Assembly: GCA_046563655.1 (NCBI GenBank)
Contig: CM102286.1
Coordinates: forward strand, 5,642,001 to 5,706,000
DNA: 64,000 nt
Direction of reading: 5' to 3'
Source of the DNA: Yuukianura sp. NJ FZ-2021
Taxonomy: Eukaryota
In this document: positions 11,858 through 26,118 of the stretch, piece by piece
Layout of the letters: each line of letters begins with the position of its first letter
Position numbering within the stretch: the first letter of the stretch is position 1
The notes under the pieces: model-generated
Database searches by the model: none
Seen by the model: the letters and a program-made list of their open reading frames with translations, nothing else
What the model was told of the DNA's origin: nothing
Position numbers and translations under genes: made by a program

Positions 11858-13967
11858 CTTTGGTGTTCAAGCAAAACCTGTCTGCAGAATCGGAAGCAGC
11901 TAACCAGCATCAACTCCTATCTTATTCAGTGTATTTTTTTATTTCTTTGTTATAATTCGTTTTTGTTGAACGTAGACCCAATACAGAAATAAAAATTTTG
12001 AGTTAGCAATTCAGTAAAAGCGCTGATTAATATTCAGTCGCTTTATACTTATGTTCGAAAAGTAAAAGCCTAGGAAAGTTTTTAACAAATTCTTGACTTG
12101 ATTGCCTAGAGCTTGTAGATACCAATAACAAAAACAAAAAATGACGTTATCTGGCCCTTGACTGGTGTAATTACTTATATGTAAGGGTTAGCGACACTTT
12201 GAGATGGACTTTAACAAGAAATGAGTGACTTAGGTTAGAAGATTTTGCGATGCAGCGACTGACTTTAATGCTGGTAAACAACTTGTGGAAGGTTTTTACG
12301 ACGACATTGAGTGGAAACCTGCTGGACAGCATGGTTGTTGGAGGCTTGGCTTGGGCAATATAGTCGGACCCGCAATATCTGGTTCCACCAGGATCCAAGA
12401 ATATATTAAGTATATTGTTTAAGTTAAAACAAGTTAATCAAAACAGGTTTGGAACGAGTACGAGCTGTATATTTTTTAACTAATCATAAGAAGGAACGTC
12501 ATCATCGTAAAAGTCACGCCCTCTCTAATAGATCACTACAAATTTGACATTACACCTAAAAGACACGTTTACATTATAAAGTTTCGTCTGGCTGCAAGCT
12601 GCAACTTTTATGAAGTTGCATATTCTAGTGTAAAAAATAAATTCAAATACTAAGGCCCATGTAACATGTGACGTATACAGATTTCACCAAGCGCGGAAAT
12701 CTAAAGTAGCTAGCCACAAACAAACATACTGTGCAATAAGAAAAAAAAAATTAACAAACACGCGCTTCGCGCTGGCAATTTTTTCTTTTCGGCTATTGCT
12801 AGAATTTACCCAAGATGCATCATGTCTGTGCACCATAAAAGTTATATTGTATTTACACTATGACATAGCAGCAGAACAACATAACACTGATAACATGTAT
12901 GGACAAAAAGTTAAACGTTTCCAAGTATTTTAGGTGCCCAACATGATTATATACTTGTATAAAATCATGCATAAATTGTTGTTATATCATTCGAATATTA
13001 ATATTTAGTTTTATCTCGTTTACATTAGTTGTTGACGCTGTAGAGATGAAGGTAGGTACAACGAAAAGATACAATGTTACAAATATTAATCGTATAATTA
13101 TGTCTGCGGTACATAAATAATTTAGGTTGTTGAGCTTAACTGAATCGACCTACTGCATACACAGATATGTACATACATTGGCAAGAACGAAGTTACCTAC
13201 TAGTAAACCAGGGTTGATATTTAGGCTTCATGCAGAAAACCGCCCAAATGCGAATGTGAAAAGATTATTACGGAATGGCTTGAATTTGGATGTAATTCTT
13301 TCCCTTTTTTTTACTATTCAATGACGCTGAAAACTAATATGAAAAAAAATTTCACCGGAAATGAAAAACAAAGTGAGAAAAATGAGAGTTACTCTTTCCG
13401 AAAGTCAAAATTCTTGGACAAGATTGATTAAATTAGAATTGGTTAGGCTAGGTTACGCAAGTTTATGTTAGGTAGGGTAGGCTGAATCGAATCACTGTAG
13501 GTTATCTCGTTTAAAAAAGAAACCTTTTTACCGCAAGAGCATATGGCTCTTCAATATTTAATAAAAAAAAAATACGTACTTCCTTTCATTTCCGGTGAAT
13601 ATTTTCCATATATCCGTGCTGAGTTAGTTAAGAAAACAAAATGGCTTCCAAATACCAGCTATTCAGTAATAACCAAATTTTTCCCTCCATGCAATGTGTA
13701 GCGATACTACGCAAGCTTTACACACTAGCGTTGCACACAACGACGAAACTTTATTCCAATTTCTGGAATAAAGTAAGTTAAATACATCGGCTTTTCCTTT
13801 TATAGATTGGATAATTTCTGCATTTCCCTTCAAAACATCCTTAACTCATAACAACCCTTAAATCCGTACTAAACGATATTAGTATTTAATTCCTACAGAG
13901 TGACGAATTTTCGCAAGCCCGGAATGGCACTAACAACAGTGGGACGCGGTCGGGTTTGCGGTTCTTA

Positions 13968-14760
13968 AGGCGGTTTCACACCGGACCACTGGATGGATTT
14001 TCCTTCCACTGGACGGCAATCCAGTCTTTCACACCAGATTTAATCCGTCTGGATGGATCATCCGGAGAAAGTTGGGGTGGATTTTTTTTCCACTGGACTG
14101 GATTTCCATCGTTCACACCGAAAAAATCCATCCATGGAAATTTTTTCCACTGGATTTTCTCGCAATGCTGAGAGATGGGAGAAACGATCCAGACCAAAAG
14201 TTCACTCAGTTCAACTTTTGGTCTGGATTGATCATCAAATTTGTCTCACTTTGCCCCAATCACACACCGAAGTTTGAAACAATAAGCTCGAATAACCAAA
14301 CTAATCTGAAAATAGCAGTTTTATGTTTTCAGACATTTATTTATTTTCTTTTTATAATTAATCAAAGGAAATATCGATAACGATACTCAAGAGAACGACG
14401 GAGAGGCAAATGAGTTTGCTAGTTATGCTATTTTGCTAGTTTGCTAGTTATTGAATTCGAATTGTATGAAAGTGTTCACTGGCATAACAGCTCAGTGGTA
14501 TTTTCATGTACAGCATTATGTATTGCACAGTTGTATTTCAACTTTAAAATGAAAGGCGCCTTTCTGAAATCCAGGGTGGAAAAACAGCGTTCACACCGCA
14601 TCCTTGGATTTTTTTTCCAGTGGAAGGAAAATCCATCCATGGAAAAAAAATCCACCCCTCGCTTTCCCCAAAATCTGGTGTGAAAGAGTCAAAATTTTAT
14701 CCATGGACTGGACGTCCAGTGGACGGAAAATCCATCCAGAGCTCCGGTGTGAAACGGCCT
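13968..14760. mobile_element. PIF/Harbinger-type MITE
   Basis: TIRs AGGCGGTTTCACACCGGA / TCCGGTGTGAAACGGCCT flanked by TTA on both sides; internal subterminal TTCACACC and TCCACTGGA repeats. Confidence 0.85.
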
Positions 14761-16866
14761 TTAGCCCCAAAGGTTGTGTATCTCGCAACCTTCCCTTTTC
14801 ATGTTTGTTCCTTTCCTTGATTTCTATGGGAGGAAATGGAATTCCTAAGTCGAAATTTAAAAAGCGCACCATATTTTCATGGAGAGAAATTCGTGGCTCG
14901 AGGCTCAAAAAGGAGATGTTTTCTGCAGTCAGGCTAGATTGGTTTTTGTTTTTTATTCAAAAATAAACAAACAAAATTTGGTTAAACTACCAAAATTGAC
15001 AATTCTTTCAAAAATTACCTATATTTTACGGCCATAACGTGTGAACTCGCCTTGTAAACACTTTAAATATACAAATCTTAAAGCGAACTGCAGCCGATTT
15101 ACAGAAAACTGAGGATTAGGAGTAAGGTTGTTCAAAATTTTTTTTTTTTACAAAAGATGTGAAAAAGTTGCAATTTTTTCACAAAATCTGGCGTTCGTGA
15201 CGGAAATTCTAGGGTTAATTTAAACCGCGTTTTTATTAGAAAAGAAACCACTTTGTTCAAACCATGGTTTAAATCAATTGGTTTAAACCAAAGCAATATT
15301 TTCTACAGTAATCTACCGCTTCGGAAGCAATAATATGATACGTAGGCTGTTAACATGAAGGCCATAACTCAAATTTCACGGTATGTACCTTGTGACACAG
15401 TTATTACTCGTATACTTTACTATTAACGTAATGCGACATGAATAGAAATGGTGACATTTCTTGAAACTACATTAATATATATTGTTTGTTGAAGATTAGG
15501 TTTGTTAGTTCGGCTCGTACAGTGATGCAGATGCATGCTTAGTTGGTTTCACCTCTTATTATAGTAATTAAGATTTGTGCAAAGTTGATATTCTGCACTG
15601 TAGATATTTGTTGAAAACTGTTTGACACATTTTTTCGTGTTTATGAAAAATTAGTTAGAATTTCAGCGTTTGGCAATGAGCTTACCCTCATAAGCTCCCC
15701 TCCCATGGATGGATATAAGTTTTGGTGTTTACATTGCTCCGTTGTTTGGTCGTGCCTTGCATGGTTGGACCTGGACTATTTGAGTGGTATACTCTCATAA
15801 ATGATCCCCACCCACCTCAAACACCTTCAGTTCAATTTGATCACCTTTACTTTCACTTCAGTTTGCCTGCTGCGATATTTAAGTTAACACATTTAGATTG
15901 TTTATTAGGTTAAAAGTGAAACAATTAGCGAGTGTAGTATTACAGCAGGTACCATACTTGGAATCACATTTGCTTCTGTATCTAAACCTGGGGGCATTTG
16001 TTTAACTTTAGGAAGTAGTTATGTTCTAAAGTTAGTGTGCTTCTTCGTGCTGCTTCCTCGTTCTGCATTTGACATTAAAACTGAAATTATACTTCGGTCA
16101 CCCTTGTCCAACCCCCACATTAATCAAAGTACCATTGAGGGGAATTCTTTGCTCATCGATGAACTGCTAAGACTGTTGGATTGGGAAGATTCAAACAGGA
16201 AGTCAAGTGTTAACGTTTATCTCGGTAAGACCGTGTTGTTTTTGTTTCGATAAGTTAATTTTACTCGGGTTGCAGTGCAGTAGTTAAGATTTGGTGCTGT
16301 AAATTTTAATAGTGCATGAGAGGTACTTTAGATTATAGGTGCATCGCATGCTTAGGTTAAGTATGCCAAGGATAAACTGATGTTCGTAAATGATAAAACT
16401 GCGGACAATTCCCGGTGAACTTTTACTCGTACGAAGAAAGTACGGTAAGAATTTTCATCATAGAAAAAGAACCAATTGTCTCGGATATGATTTTAAAAAG
16501 ACAAGCAGAAGAAAATTTTGTAAGATAAGATTAACCGACTTCTTTCTGCCTGGTTTATTAACAAATTCCTCTTGGTTATTTTGCTGCGTTCTCTAATGAC
16601 AGTTTTAAAGGTTGCGGCGACTGGGTTTGGTTTGAGTTCCGTCATCGTGTTTTACGCGGTTCTTGTATGTAGGTATGTGTCCCACATTGCGGGCCACTAT
16701 AGGCATTTTTTTTTTCAATTTTACATGAAAACAAAGCGAATCTGTATCTGTAATGAAACGAATGAGTCAAATTCCCGAATATCAAAACACTTGGATTGTT
16801 GTACAACATGTTGTAACTAATGCGTTTTACTGTGGAGGCCTTGTAATGTATGCCTAATGGTGACAA

Positions 16867-17650
16867 TAGGGGTTCTCACGGCCCAAAAAAGAATCCGATT
16901 CTTTTTAAAAGCGATTCTTTTTTTCTCGGTTTTTAATCCGCCTCCGTGAGTGGACCGTTTCCGCCAAAGATTATAATCAGTTTCTTTGGGGTGATGATAT
17001 GAATTTGCAAATTAGTAAATAACCTATACGTCACTAGTTGAGTGGAGTCCAATAATTGTTTATTTGAGTATGACTTATAAAACAATTAAGGATTGTCCCC
17101 AAAGCGTGACCAGGGTTAATGAAGGAGTTAGTGGTTACTGCTTAGTCTCATTGGCTGGAAAATAACTGTTGGGTTAGAGGTATGAGCCTCTGAAATCGTA
17201 ATATTTACGATGCATGAACTACTGGAGTTGTTGAACACTTATGGATACATGGAAACAAGGACACCAGTTCCTAAAAGTAACCATTGGCTGGAAACCACAC
17301 TGCCAAGGTCAGCCTTCGTCTCAATCATCACTGTTTTAGTTTGATTTGCCCATTTGAACGACGATGGAGTGACCGCACTATCACTGAAGGGTTGGCAGGC
17401 CTTTGGCTTGACAGTTAGTTAGATATAGTAACTAATTAAACTAGATCTAAGAACTAAAAACCTAAAAACTTTGTAACCCGAATGAGAGAGACAGAGAGAA
17501 TCGGATTCTTTTGAAAAAGAACCACTCCAAAGAGGTTCCGAGGAAAAAGGGATTATAATCCACTTTTTGAATTTCGCGCCCGAAAAAAAAGAACCGATTC
17601 TGAAAAAGAATCGGATTCTGGATTATAATCCACCACCGTGAGAACCCCTA
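16867..17650. mobile_element. MITE with TAGGGGTTCTCACGG terminal inverted repeats
   Basis: 15-bp perfect TIR plus subterminal AAAAAGAATCCGATTC / GATTATAATC palindromic motifs. TSD ambiguous (TA or AAT), so superfamily not assigned. Confidence 0.75.
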
Positions 17651-18865
17651 ATGAGTAATTTTTGTTTAGTTTTCCGTATGACTATGAAAATGGCTTAATT
17701 CCAGTTCTATTTGAACTAGAACCTAACGTTAAGCCATTTGCCTTGTTAGATAACGTCTTTTTTTTTCATTGACCTGGATATGAATCATTATGGCTTTGAC
17801 CAAAAAATTAATTTACGAAACATACTGCTATGGTCTTATAGAAAGTCGCGACGCCTAACTTCCAATATGTAGCTTCGTAAAATATATGAAGTGAATAGAA
17901 CACAGAATTTGCCGTAATACTACGCAAAACGCAACGTATTTCGGGTTTCGTCGATTTCCTACTGATTATTGTGTACACGAAATTAATCAAAGGTAGTGAA
18001 AAGTGGAATTCGCAAAATTGCGATTGAGCTTGAAGCAGGGACCCTCATTCTGTAAAACACAAATCGAGTCACTCCTTACTCAATTGATGTATGCTGCTTT
18101 TATGATTTCGGATCTCTAGAATCAGTTCACCGTTTCTAAGCTACGCACAAATATGAGGTGGTAGACGGCGTGGCGCCCGTGGTTAACAGTAAATTTTGTA
18201 GATTTTAGTTTCTGATAGAAAATGTAAAAATATTGACCCGATAGTCAGCGTAAACCTTAGTATAAACCAGTTACCCGGGACTTGGCTTGGCTGGGCAATT
18301 TTAATTAACTGAAACACGAGCTGTGGTAAACTGTTGACGGCGAAGTTTCAAATTTTCTTATTTTATAGCGTTGCTATAATAAATAGCATGTCGCTATTTT
18401 GTCATTATAAGTCTTGGTTTTTGGTTTTTAGTTTATAAATTAGGATCCAGTAGCGGGATAATTGGAACCGTGTAACATTAATTTCACATTTGACTTCAAA
18501 CGTAATTTTTTTAAAAAACGGGCACTATGTTTACATCTGTCCGAAGTCTGATCCAGTTCCATGGTTTATGCTTCTACTGAATCAGTTGCCGGCCCATTAA
18601 ACCGGAGAGAAGACCAGCGATTGTAATCTGCTGTGGATTTTCAGAAAAAAAAAAGATTTGACTCAATTTTGTAGTTCCTAAGAAAAAAAAAAAGCATCAC
18701 TTCGTCATCATCATCATTTTCCGTAGTCTTGTCTTTTGTCTCAAGTGCTTTCTCGTTACTTAAGAGAAAACAAGCGTATGGGGAGAAGTGTAAGCTTAGC
18801 TTACCACAAGCTTAGCGTTTAAGCATAATTGGCCCAAAAAACAATCAATATTGATTAGAAAGAAG

Positions 18866-20197
18866 GGTTGTGTTGTCGTTTCTGGGGCACTGAAATTTTT
18901 TCTAAGTTTTTTGGTCAAAATTTTCGAAAAATTTTTTTTTCGTTTTTTTCACATTTTATCATGTTTCAAACGTTTTTGGAACGTTTGAAGCAAAAAAATT
19001 TTTTTGACCCCAAGGGTCCCCCCTTCCCTTTTTTTTGAAAATCTGGACTCGTAAATTTTCTAAGTCCAGAAAACCAATATGCAATCCTGACAACCCCAAA
19101 AATGACTTCTATGAATGTTGTCCAGAATCATGAGGGGAGTATTTTTTGTCCTATGGACTATGACCCTGTGACCACTCCCTGAGGTCAAAGGTCAACCCAA
19201 GCATGAATCCCCTTACAACCTCAAAAATGACCCCTATTAAAGTTGTTCAGAATCATGAGGGGAGTATTTTTTGTCCTATGGACTATGACCCTGTGACCAC
19301 TCCCTGAGGTCAAAGGTCAACTAAAAGTTCTAGAAAACATAAATGCGGTGAATTTTGTTTGGCTTTGTGTGTGGAATTTGGTTAACTTTTACAAGTAAAA
19401 GTTATGCAGGTTAGGTTAGGTTAGGTAACCTTACGAATTTGAGCTTACGAATTGCCGGTTTACGAATTGATTCCAAGGTACGTGTTTGCGGTTAAGGTAA
19501 CAGGCCCAACTGGAAAACGTTTAACACGATCTCAAAAACTTGACTTTTGGAAAAACAAATCAACTCAAACGGCTGATAACTTTAAAGTTAAGGTGGAGGA
19601 GAGCGTGATTCGTCGTCGGAAGTGGAGGATGCAGCGGAGAAAAAATTTATATTGTATCCAGGATATACAAGCAGGCAGTCTATTCCTGCGCTAACTCTGA
19701 TTCCGCGAATTCATTTTTGTAAAAAAAAAAAAACTTTGGGTTGACCTTTGACCTCAGGGAGTGATCACAGGGTCATAGTCTATAGGACAAAAAATACTCC
19801 CCTCATGATTCTGAACAACTTTAATAGGGGTCATTTTTGAGGTTGTAAGGGGATTCATGCTTGGGTTGACCTTTGACCTCAGGGAGTGGTCACAGGGTCA
19901 TAGTCCATAGGACAAAAAATACTCCCCTCATGATTCTGGACAACATTCATAGAAGTCATTTTTGAGGTTGTCAGGAGTGCATATTGGTTTTCTGGACTTA
20001 GAAAATTTACGAGTCCAGATTTTCAAAAAAAAAAGGGAAGGGGGGACCCTTGGGGTCAAAAAAATTTTTTTGTTTCAAACGTTCCAAAAACGTTTGAAAC
20101 ATGATAAAATGTGAAAAAAACGAAAAAAAAATTTTTCGAAAATTTTGACCAAAAAACTTAGAAAAAATTTCAGTGCCCCAGAAACGACAACACAACC
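18866..20197. mobile_element. Non-autonomous fold-back DNA transposon with ~455-bp TIRs and 8-bp TSD (Merlin- or Mutator-like)
   Basis: Arms ~18866..19321 and ~19739..20197 are near-perfect inverted copies beginning GGTTG. TSD GAAAGAAG at 18858-18865 and 20198-20205. Each arm holds an internal ~120-bp duplication. Confidence 0.9.
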
Positions 20198-20976
20198 GAA
20201 AGAAGAAGCCCAGTTTATGAATACAATTCTCCGTTTCAAGTTTAGTTGCAGAGTTTGAGTTTACTCAATCCACCTTCAGATTTCCTACCTTTTTTTTCAA
20301 CTTTGTCAAAGTTTCATGCTTTATCATTATCAATTTCGGTAATACCGAATCGGTATCTAAGCATAAGAATAAGATAGTAAATTCATTTTCCTGGCTAAAG
20401 TTAGCTTAATATGAAGTGTATGGTTCGGTCCGTAAGCATATTGCATAGGTCTAGGAGATTAAACAATTCTGACAAAGTAGTGGTATTGAAACCTTCATGT
20501 TTGAGCAATTCAGCAAGTTGGTTTGTTTTGTGGTTGCGAGAAGGATATTGTCATCGATTCACATATCCTGCAATCGCATTTTGATATTTGATTGGTAGAT
20601 TTCTTCCTAAATGGCCGGTTCTTGTTTTGATAAAACCGCAACGCTTGGCTAGATACAGAACTACTAGAATGGAATGAATGAACTTGCATGTATCCCAATT
20701 ATCGGTTTGAGTAACATGAGTCGTACAATGACGGAAGAAAAGGTGAACCTCATAGGAAGTAACAAAGATACCACAAGGAACTACAAACTACATTTTTAAT
20801 TGTAGTTGCTCAACCTGTTAACGTTGAATACGCTGAATGCGATTTGCAAATGTAGAATATATAAAACTGCTAATCAGTTACCAATTAGAGTTAACCTAAC
20901 GTTGTTCATACGAGTCGAGTTTTAACTTCTTTTATAAACTTATTTCAGCGAAGGTGGTTGAGACGATTGATTGACC

Positions 20977-23900
20977 ATGGAGCGAATGGGGAAACTGCGG
21001 AGGTCTCTCCGAGATTCTTTTCGGAAGAAACGCGACGCTCCGGAAAGCACGAAACCGTACCAATGGCAAGCCGATGACGAAGCTGTAAGAAGTGGAACTT
21101 CATCTTTCCATGTCAAGGTACGAAAAATGTTCAGAAAAAACTTTTCAATTTCCGTTTTGAGGTTTTCCGGTGGAATTTGATGTATAGAGGAATTTAAGGT
21201 TTATTTATGTTTATTTATTAAATTGGAGGGAAAGCAGAAACGTTTTCCAATAAGTCAAAAGCCTTTATAGATGTTTGGCTGCGTTTTTGTTACAACCAGC
21301 CATGTGGCAAGTGGTAGCTGCGGGAATTAAAGCTAATAAAATCGATATCGGTTGTCATCGAAAAGAATCACAGAACACCGCGGGGGAATGGCGTGAGATG
21401 ACTTGTAATTTTGCTTTTCTAATTTTCCAGTATCTGGGATCCGTAGAAGTCTACGAGTCAAGAGGGATGCCGGTCTGTGAAGAAGCCATGAAAGTACTCC
21501 GGGTAAATAAAGTTTCCTTGCAGAATTTCGCAGTATATTGTACTTTTTTAACTAAAGTTTATTTGTTAGTTGCTTAGCTGGTTGCAAAAGTATAAAATGA
21601 CTTCGTTTCAACGAAGAGTTTGTTGCGTCGTGTGTCCTTTGTTTTGAAATTGACTTTTGTATTTAATTAATTGGAAAACTTTTGACACCTTTGTGTCTCA
21701 TTTGTTTTGTCTAAAAGTTTGAGTTTAATTTGTGATCGATCATTCTGATGTAGCAATCTCGACGCCGACCTGTGAAATCAATACTGCACGTCTCTGGCGA
21801 TGGACTGAGATTAGTTGAAGATGAAACCAAAGGTATCAAGTCTTGTTGAAGTCATCCTGTTGTATCATATTACAAAAACCTCAAAACAAGTTTTACTTTT
21901 TCCAGGCCTAATTCTGGATCAAACGATAGAGAAAGTTTCGTTTTGTGCGCCGGATCGGAACCATGAGCGCGGATTTTCTTACATTTGCCGTGATGGAACG
22001 ACGAGACGCTGGATGTGTCATGGGTTTTTGGCCACCAAGGATTCGGTGAGTTTTTAAATTGTTTGAATGGTTTAGTCAAATTTTCGTAATCCGAAACTGT
22101 GCCAGATCGTAATTGATATGCTTGAATCTTGTTTTTCAGGGTGAACGCTTGAGTCATGCTGTAAGTATTCACTAAAACAGTCATTTCATTGGATATTGGA
22201 GATTACCATGCATTTTCGTCAAACAACATTCAAATTCTTGTATTTGTGCTTAGGTGGGATGTGCTTTTTCCGCGTGCTTGGAACGGAAGCAGAAACGCGA
22301 GAAGGAGTGCGGTGTAAGCATGACATATGATTCGAGGACATCTACGTTTACAAGATCTGGAAGTTTTCGAACAAGTTCTATGACGGACACTCTTTCAAAC
22401 AACTCTGGTTCACCTCCTCCTGGAGACAATACTGGAGCAATTATTCGTGCTGTTTCTTCCAACACTCATGCCATTGAACGACCTCATGCCCCCGTGAAAA
22501 TGTTGGAGAGACAAGGCTCGTTTCGCGGATTCACTCAACTGGCTTCTCCATTCAAACGACAGCTTTCGCTTCGGCTCAATGACCTTCCGTCTAATCTTCA
22601 GCGGACTCAGCAACAAAATGAAATCTCTGATGTCGTAACATCCGTGGCGAATGGAGATTCCTCAGGTAAACTTTGCAAATCGAACAGATATAAGTGAATG
22701 CGCTCAACTTTCATTCCTCGACTCTTTGGCAATTATACTGGCTAGGAAACTTTTGCAATTCTATATTGGCTCTACACGCAAAGGAACGAGCTTTGACACT
22801 TTTGAGAGCAACACCAACCATAAAATTGTCTCACCGAGACGCTATTAACCATGCATAATATTCCAGGGTTTGTGCATGGCTGCATTTACATTTTTGGGAG
22901 TTGAATATTTAGCAAGGCGAAATGAAATCAGAAATCTTAGCTGAGAAGTCTCGTCTTAACAGCTCATGCCCAATTCCACAATTCTAGAAAGATACTAAAT
23001 TCTGCAAGCACTCATCGCATGTGTCGCATCTTGATTTACGCGTTGCATTCTTTGATTCTTTGCTCTTATGTACAAAACATCTGAGGCTTGTGCTTATAAA
23101 GCAAAAAATTCATACTTGCTCAAGATGAAATTCAAGGTTCTCCCGTCAACAGGAATCTTTTTTGTATACCAACCAAAGGTATTCGCGCTGACGTAAAGAG
23201 TCATCTCAAAGTCACCGAATGTAAAATCAAGTTCCATTAATGCTGAGGATGATGCTAGTATAAGAAAGAATGCACATTAATAATTGAATTTGACATGTCA
23301 CATTTATTTCTCTTCTTAGCAAGGACAAGTACAAGTCCAGCTCCACCTCCTCGCACTCAGAGGAATCGCTTGAATTCATTGCCTAATAACACTTTTGGAG
23401 GTGCTTTTACGATTTTTCTCTTTGCTTAATATTTAACATTAGAAAAATGTGTTTGTCAATTTGTTGATTTGTGGATATGATTATTTGCAGGGGCTAGTTC
23501 AGATCCGCGTGGTTTGAACGGAAGCAGTGACTCTGGTCCTAACTTGATGAGACTTGATAGCAAAGACTTGGTCACGGAGTTATGTCAGCAGGTCACTGAA
23601 GGTTTGTCACTTCTTGCAGCGAACCACGATGAGGTAGGACATAAATTTTTTTAAATACGATTAAACTTTCTGATCATCACACTTTTTTAACAGAGTGGAT
23701 CAACATCAGTCTCATCGTCCCGTCCCGTTGGCAAATTTACTAATCCATGGAGCGATGATGCTGGAAAACCGTCAGGCTTCGCTCCTATTCCAAATTTAGA
23801 GAAAACAACTAACATCAATAAGTCAAATTTCACTCCAGCCCCACCTCCAGTCGACAACAGTTGGATTCAAAATATTCCTGGACAATTTACTGTCAAATCT

Positions 23901-24365
23901 ACTTCCAGCAGCAAAGTCTGGACACAACCATCATCTTCCGCCTCATCATCACCTTCCAGGCTCCCGATTTCCGTAACAAAGATCAAGGAAAATGTTCCAG
24001 TGACTAGAAATGAGATGGTGTCGGACGCTCCAACGAAGGCCTCAGCGACATCTAGATTAGTAAAACAGTCGTCGGTGACTAATGCTGCTATGTCTGGAGC
24101 CAGTATTCCAGCATCAACGGCCCGAGTAGAAACATCCACTTCCGGGACAAACAGGCCTCAGCTCACGAGTACTATGTCGGTTCAGCAGGCGCCGAGCTTC
24201 CGACAAGGTCCTGCCTACCGCACATTGAATGCTACTGGTAGATCACAGTCACTGGGCGCTGATCCTTTTGATGCTGACTGGGCAAACTCAGTTGCTAGAA
24301 CGGGACAAACTCCTACTAATCCATTTGCTCGACAACCACAACAGACATTCCAAATATCAATGTAG
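20977..24365 (+). CDS. numb: Protein numb (PTB-domain endocytic adaptor), spliced
   Basis: [88 protein letters not shown]-terminal DPF and NPF motifs; 21-nt exon 22140-22160 (GERLSHA). Confidence 0.96.
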
Positions 24366-25549
24366 ATAAATTGTAATTAACGAATAAGTATTAACTCAGC
24401 GTATTTAGGTTTTAACTTTGTTGACATTTTGTTTCCTGTACAATGATTTGATATAACTTAAGTTGACGGTGGCTAATTGTAGTGCCTCTTTTAAAATTTT
24501 GACCAGTTAAGGCCTTAACTTAACTTTCCTCCGACGTTGTTAACTCATCGATAATTTTGGGAAAATACTCTCGTTTCTTTCACAAAGTACCGACGCCACA
24601 ATTCCAGTGATGACCTGTTAACCTTGACATGGATTATATCATAATTCTGTTTCTGTACAAATCTCCGTTAACCAAAAAATCATCAGATTACTTAGGCTAC
24701 GTTGTAAGTTATAACTTGTAACCCTACCACCTTTACTTGACATATCTATTGTATTCACACGTTTTACACAGCACATTTAGGATATACGATTGATTCTCAT
24801 ATTGGGGATAGGGGTTTACTTACAACATTACACGAGGGTAAATTAACTTAACATTACCTAATTTTAGTTCAATTAGTATAAGATTACTGCATTACAAGAA
24901 TAGCAGGTTTGTTGTACTCTGCGGCGCTACTTCCTCGAGAAACACCACAACTAACTTCTTTAGAACCGAAGTGCTTGATTGATTGACCGAAAAATTAATA
25001 GGTTTTCCTTACTGTCAAGTTAACAGTAGGGAAGTTTAAATTGTTGTTAATCGTTAACTATTGGGCAGAAATCAACTTCCATGTCGTGGATGTACTATTA
25101 CTTACTGGAAATTAAATTAGACTTTCTAATGTTAAAAGTCAAGTTAGGTAGGATATGATATCGAATGTTAGTGTAAACGTGATGGAAGATTAACCCAGAG
25201 GTTCTTACTGGCAGAACTCCAAGTATTTAGCAACTTACTGTATAAGAACGTGAGCAAAATATTCCAAGAAGGATTCCACTAGAAGTTAACTATTAACTTA
25301 AAACACTTTATAACTTAATTAGGGAAACTTACACAAGGAAGCAGGAAGATTTGGCATTTCATTCTCATTAGGTTTGTTAGCTCTTAGCGCGTCCCTAGTG
25401 AAAGTGACAAGGTGCTAAAAACCTCAAATGTTAGATTGTACATTTAGGTTAATTGATGGTTGGTAAAAGAAGTTGGAGGATCTGTCCCGGTAACGGAAAG
25501 CTACCGAGATCTTTTGCAATTTAGACATGCAGGATGTGTCTGTCGATTA

Positions 25550-25768
25550 CAGTAGACCCTCTCAAATTGCAACTCTCTGTGATTGGTTGGTTTGATTGAC
25601 GCCTCGCCTACCGTTGTAAACTTTCTGATTATATGGCATAAGGTAGTAGTATTTGGCCATGCAAGTAATCGACGGCTGATTTGCTTAGAATTAAGCTACC
25701 TCCAAAAACTTTTGGTTTTACGGTATTGCGTAGGCAAATCATGTTTTGCAATTTGAGAGGGCCTACTG
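25550..25768. mobile_element. Tc1/mariner-pogo type MITE between the numb and DCAF5 3' ends
   Basis: TA|CAGTAGACCCTCTCAAATTGCAA ... TTGCAATTTGAGAGGGCCTACTG|TA: 23-bp TIR with one mismatch and TA TSD. Confidence 0.8.
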
Positions 25769-26118
25769 TACTGTAAATCTATTTAATTAATTTTAAACAG
25801 TTAGCCTCTGTTAATTTTTTTTTGTTACTAATATCTTACCATGAAACAAATTGTTTTCCACTAGAAAAAATGTCTCCCACCACCAGCGGATTCCGCTTTG
25901 TAACTTCGGTTTTTCTGAAACGTTTTATTATAAAGGATCCTCAGGTTGTTGCGTAGTATTACAATGTAATTGAAAAGTTGAAACTAAGGAAATAAAAAGG
26001 AACAAGCGCGGTTTCTGAAAAAATCTAAGACGAACAGCGATAATGCGATGGCGGCGAGTTACGAAACGGAGGTCCAATCTTCAGCCCGGGAAATAACTAA
26101 TAAATTATGCTTTGTATT

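Noticed and set aside
13956..14966. ORFs overlapping the Harbinger MITE as a transposase
   Set aside because: Short, derived from subterminal repeats, with no DDE or Myb motifs.
19408..19428. TTAGG runs as telomeric or interstitial telomere sequence
   Set aside because: Only 2-3 units, embedded in MITE interiors (also ~30768); too short to call.
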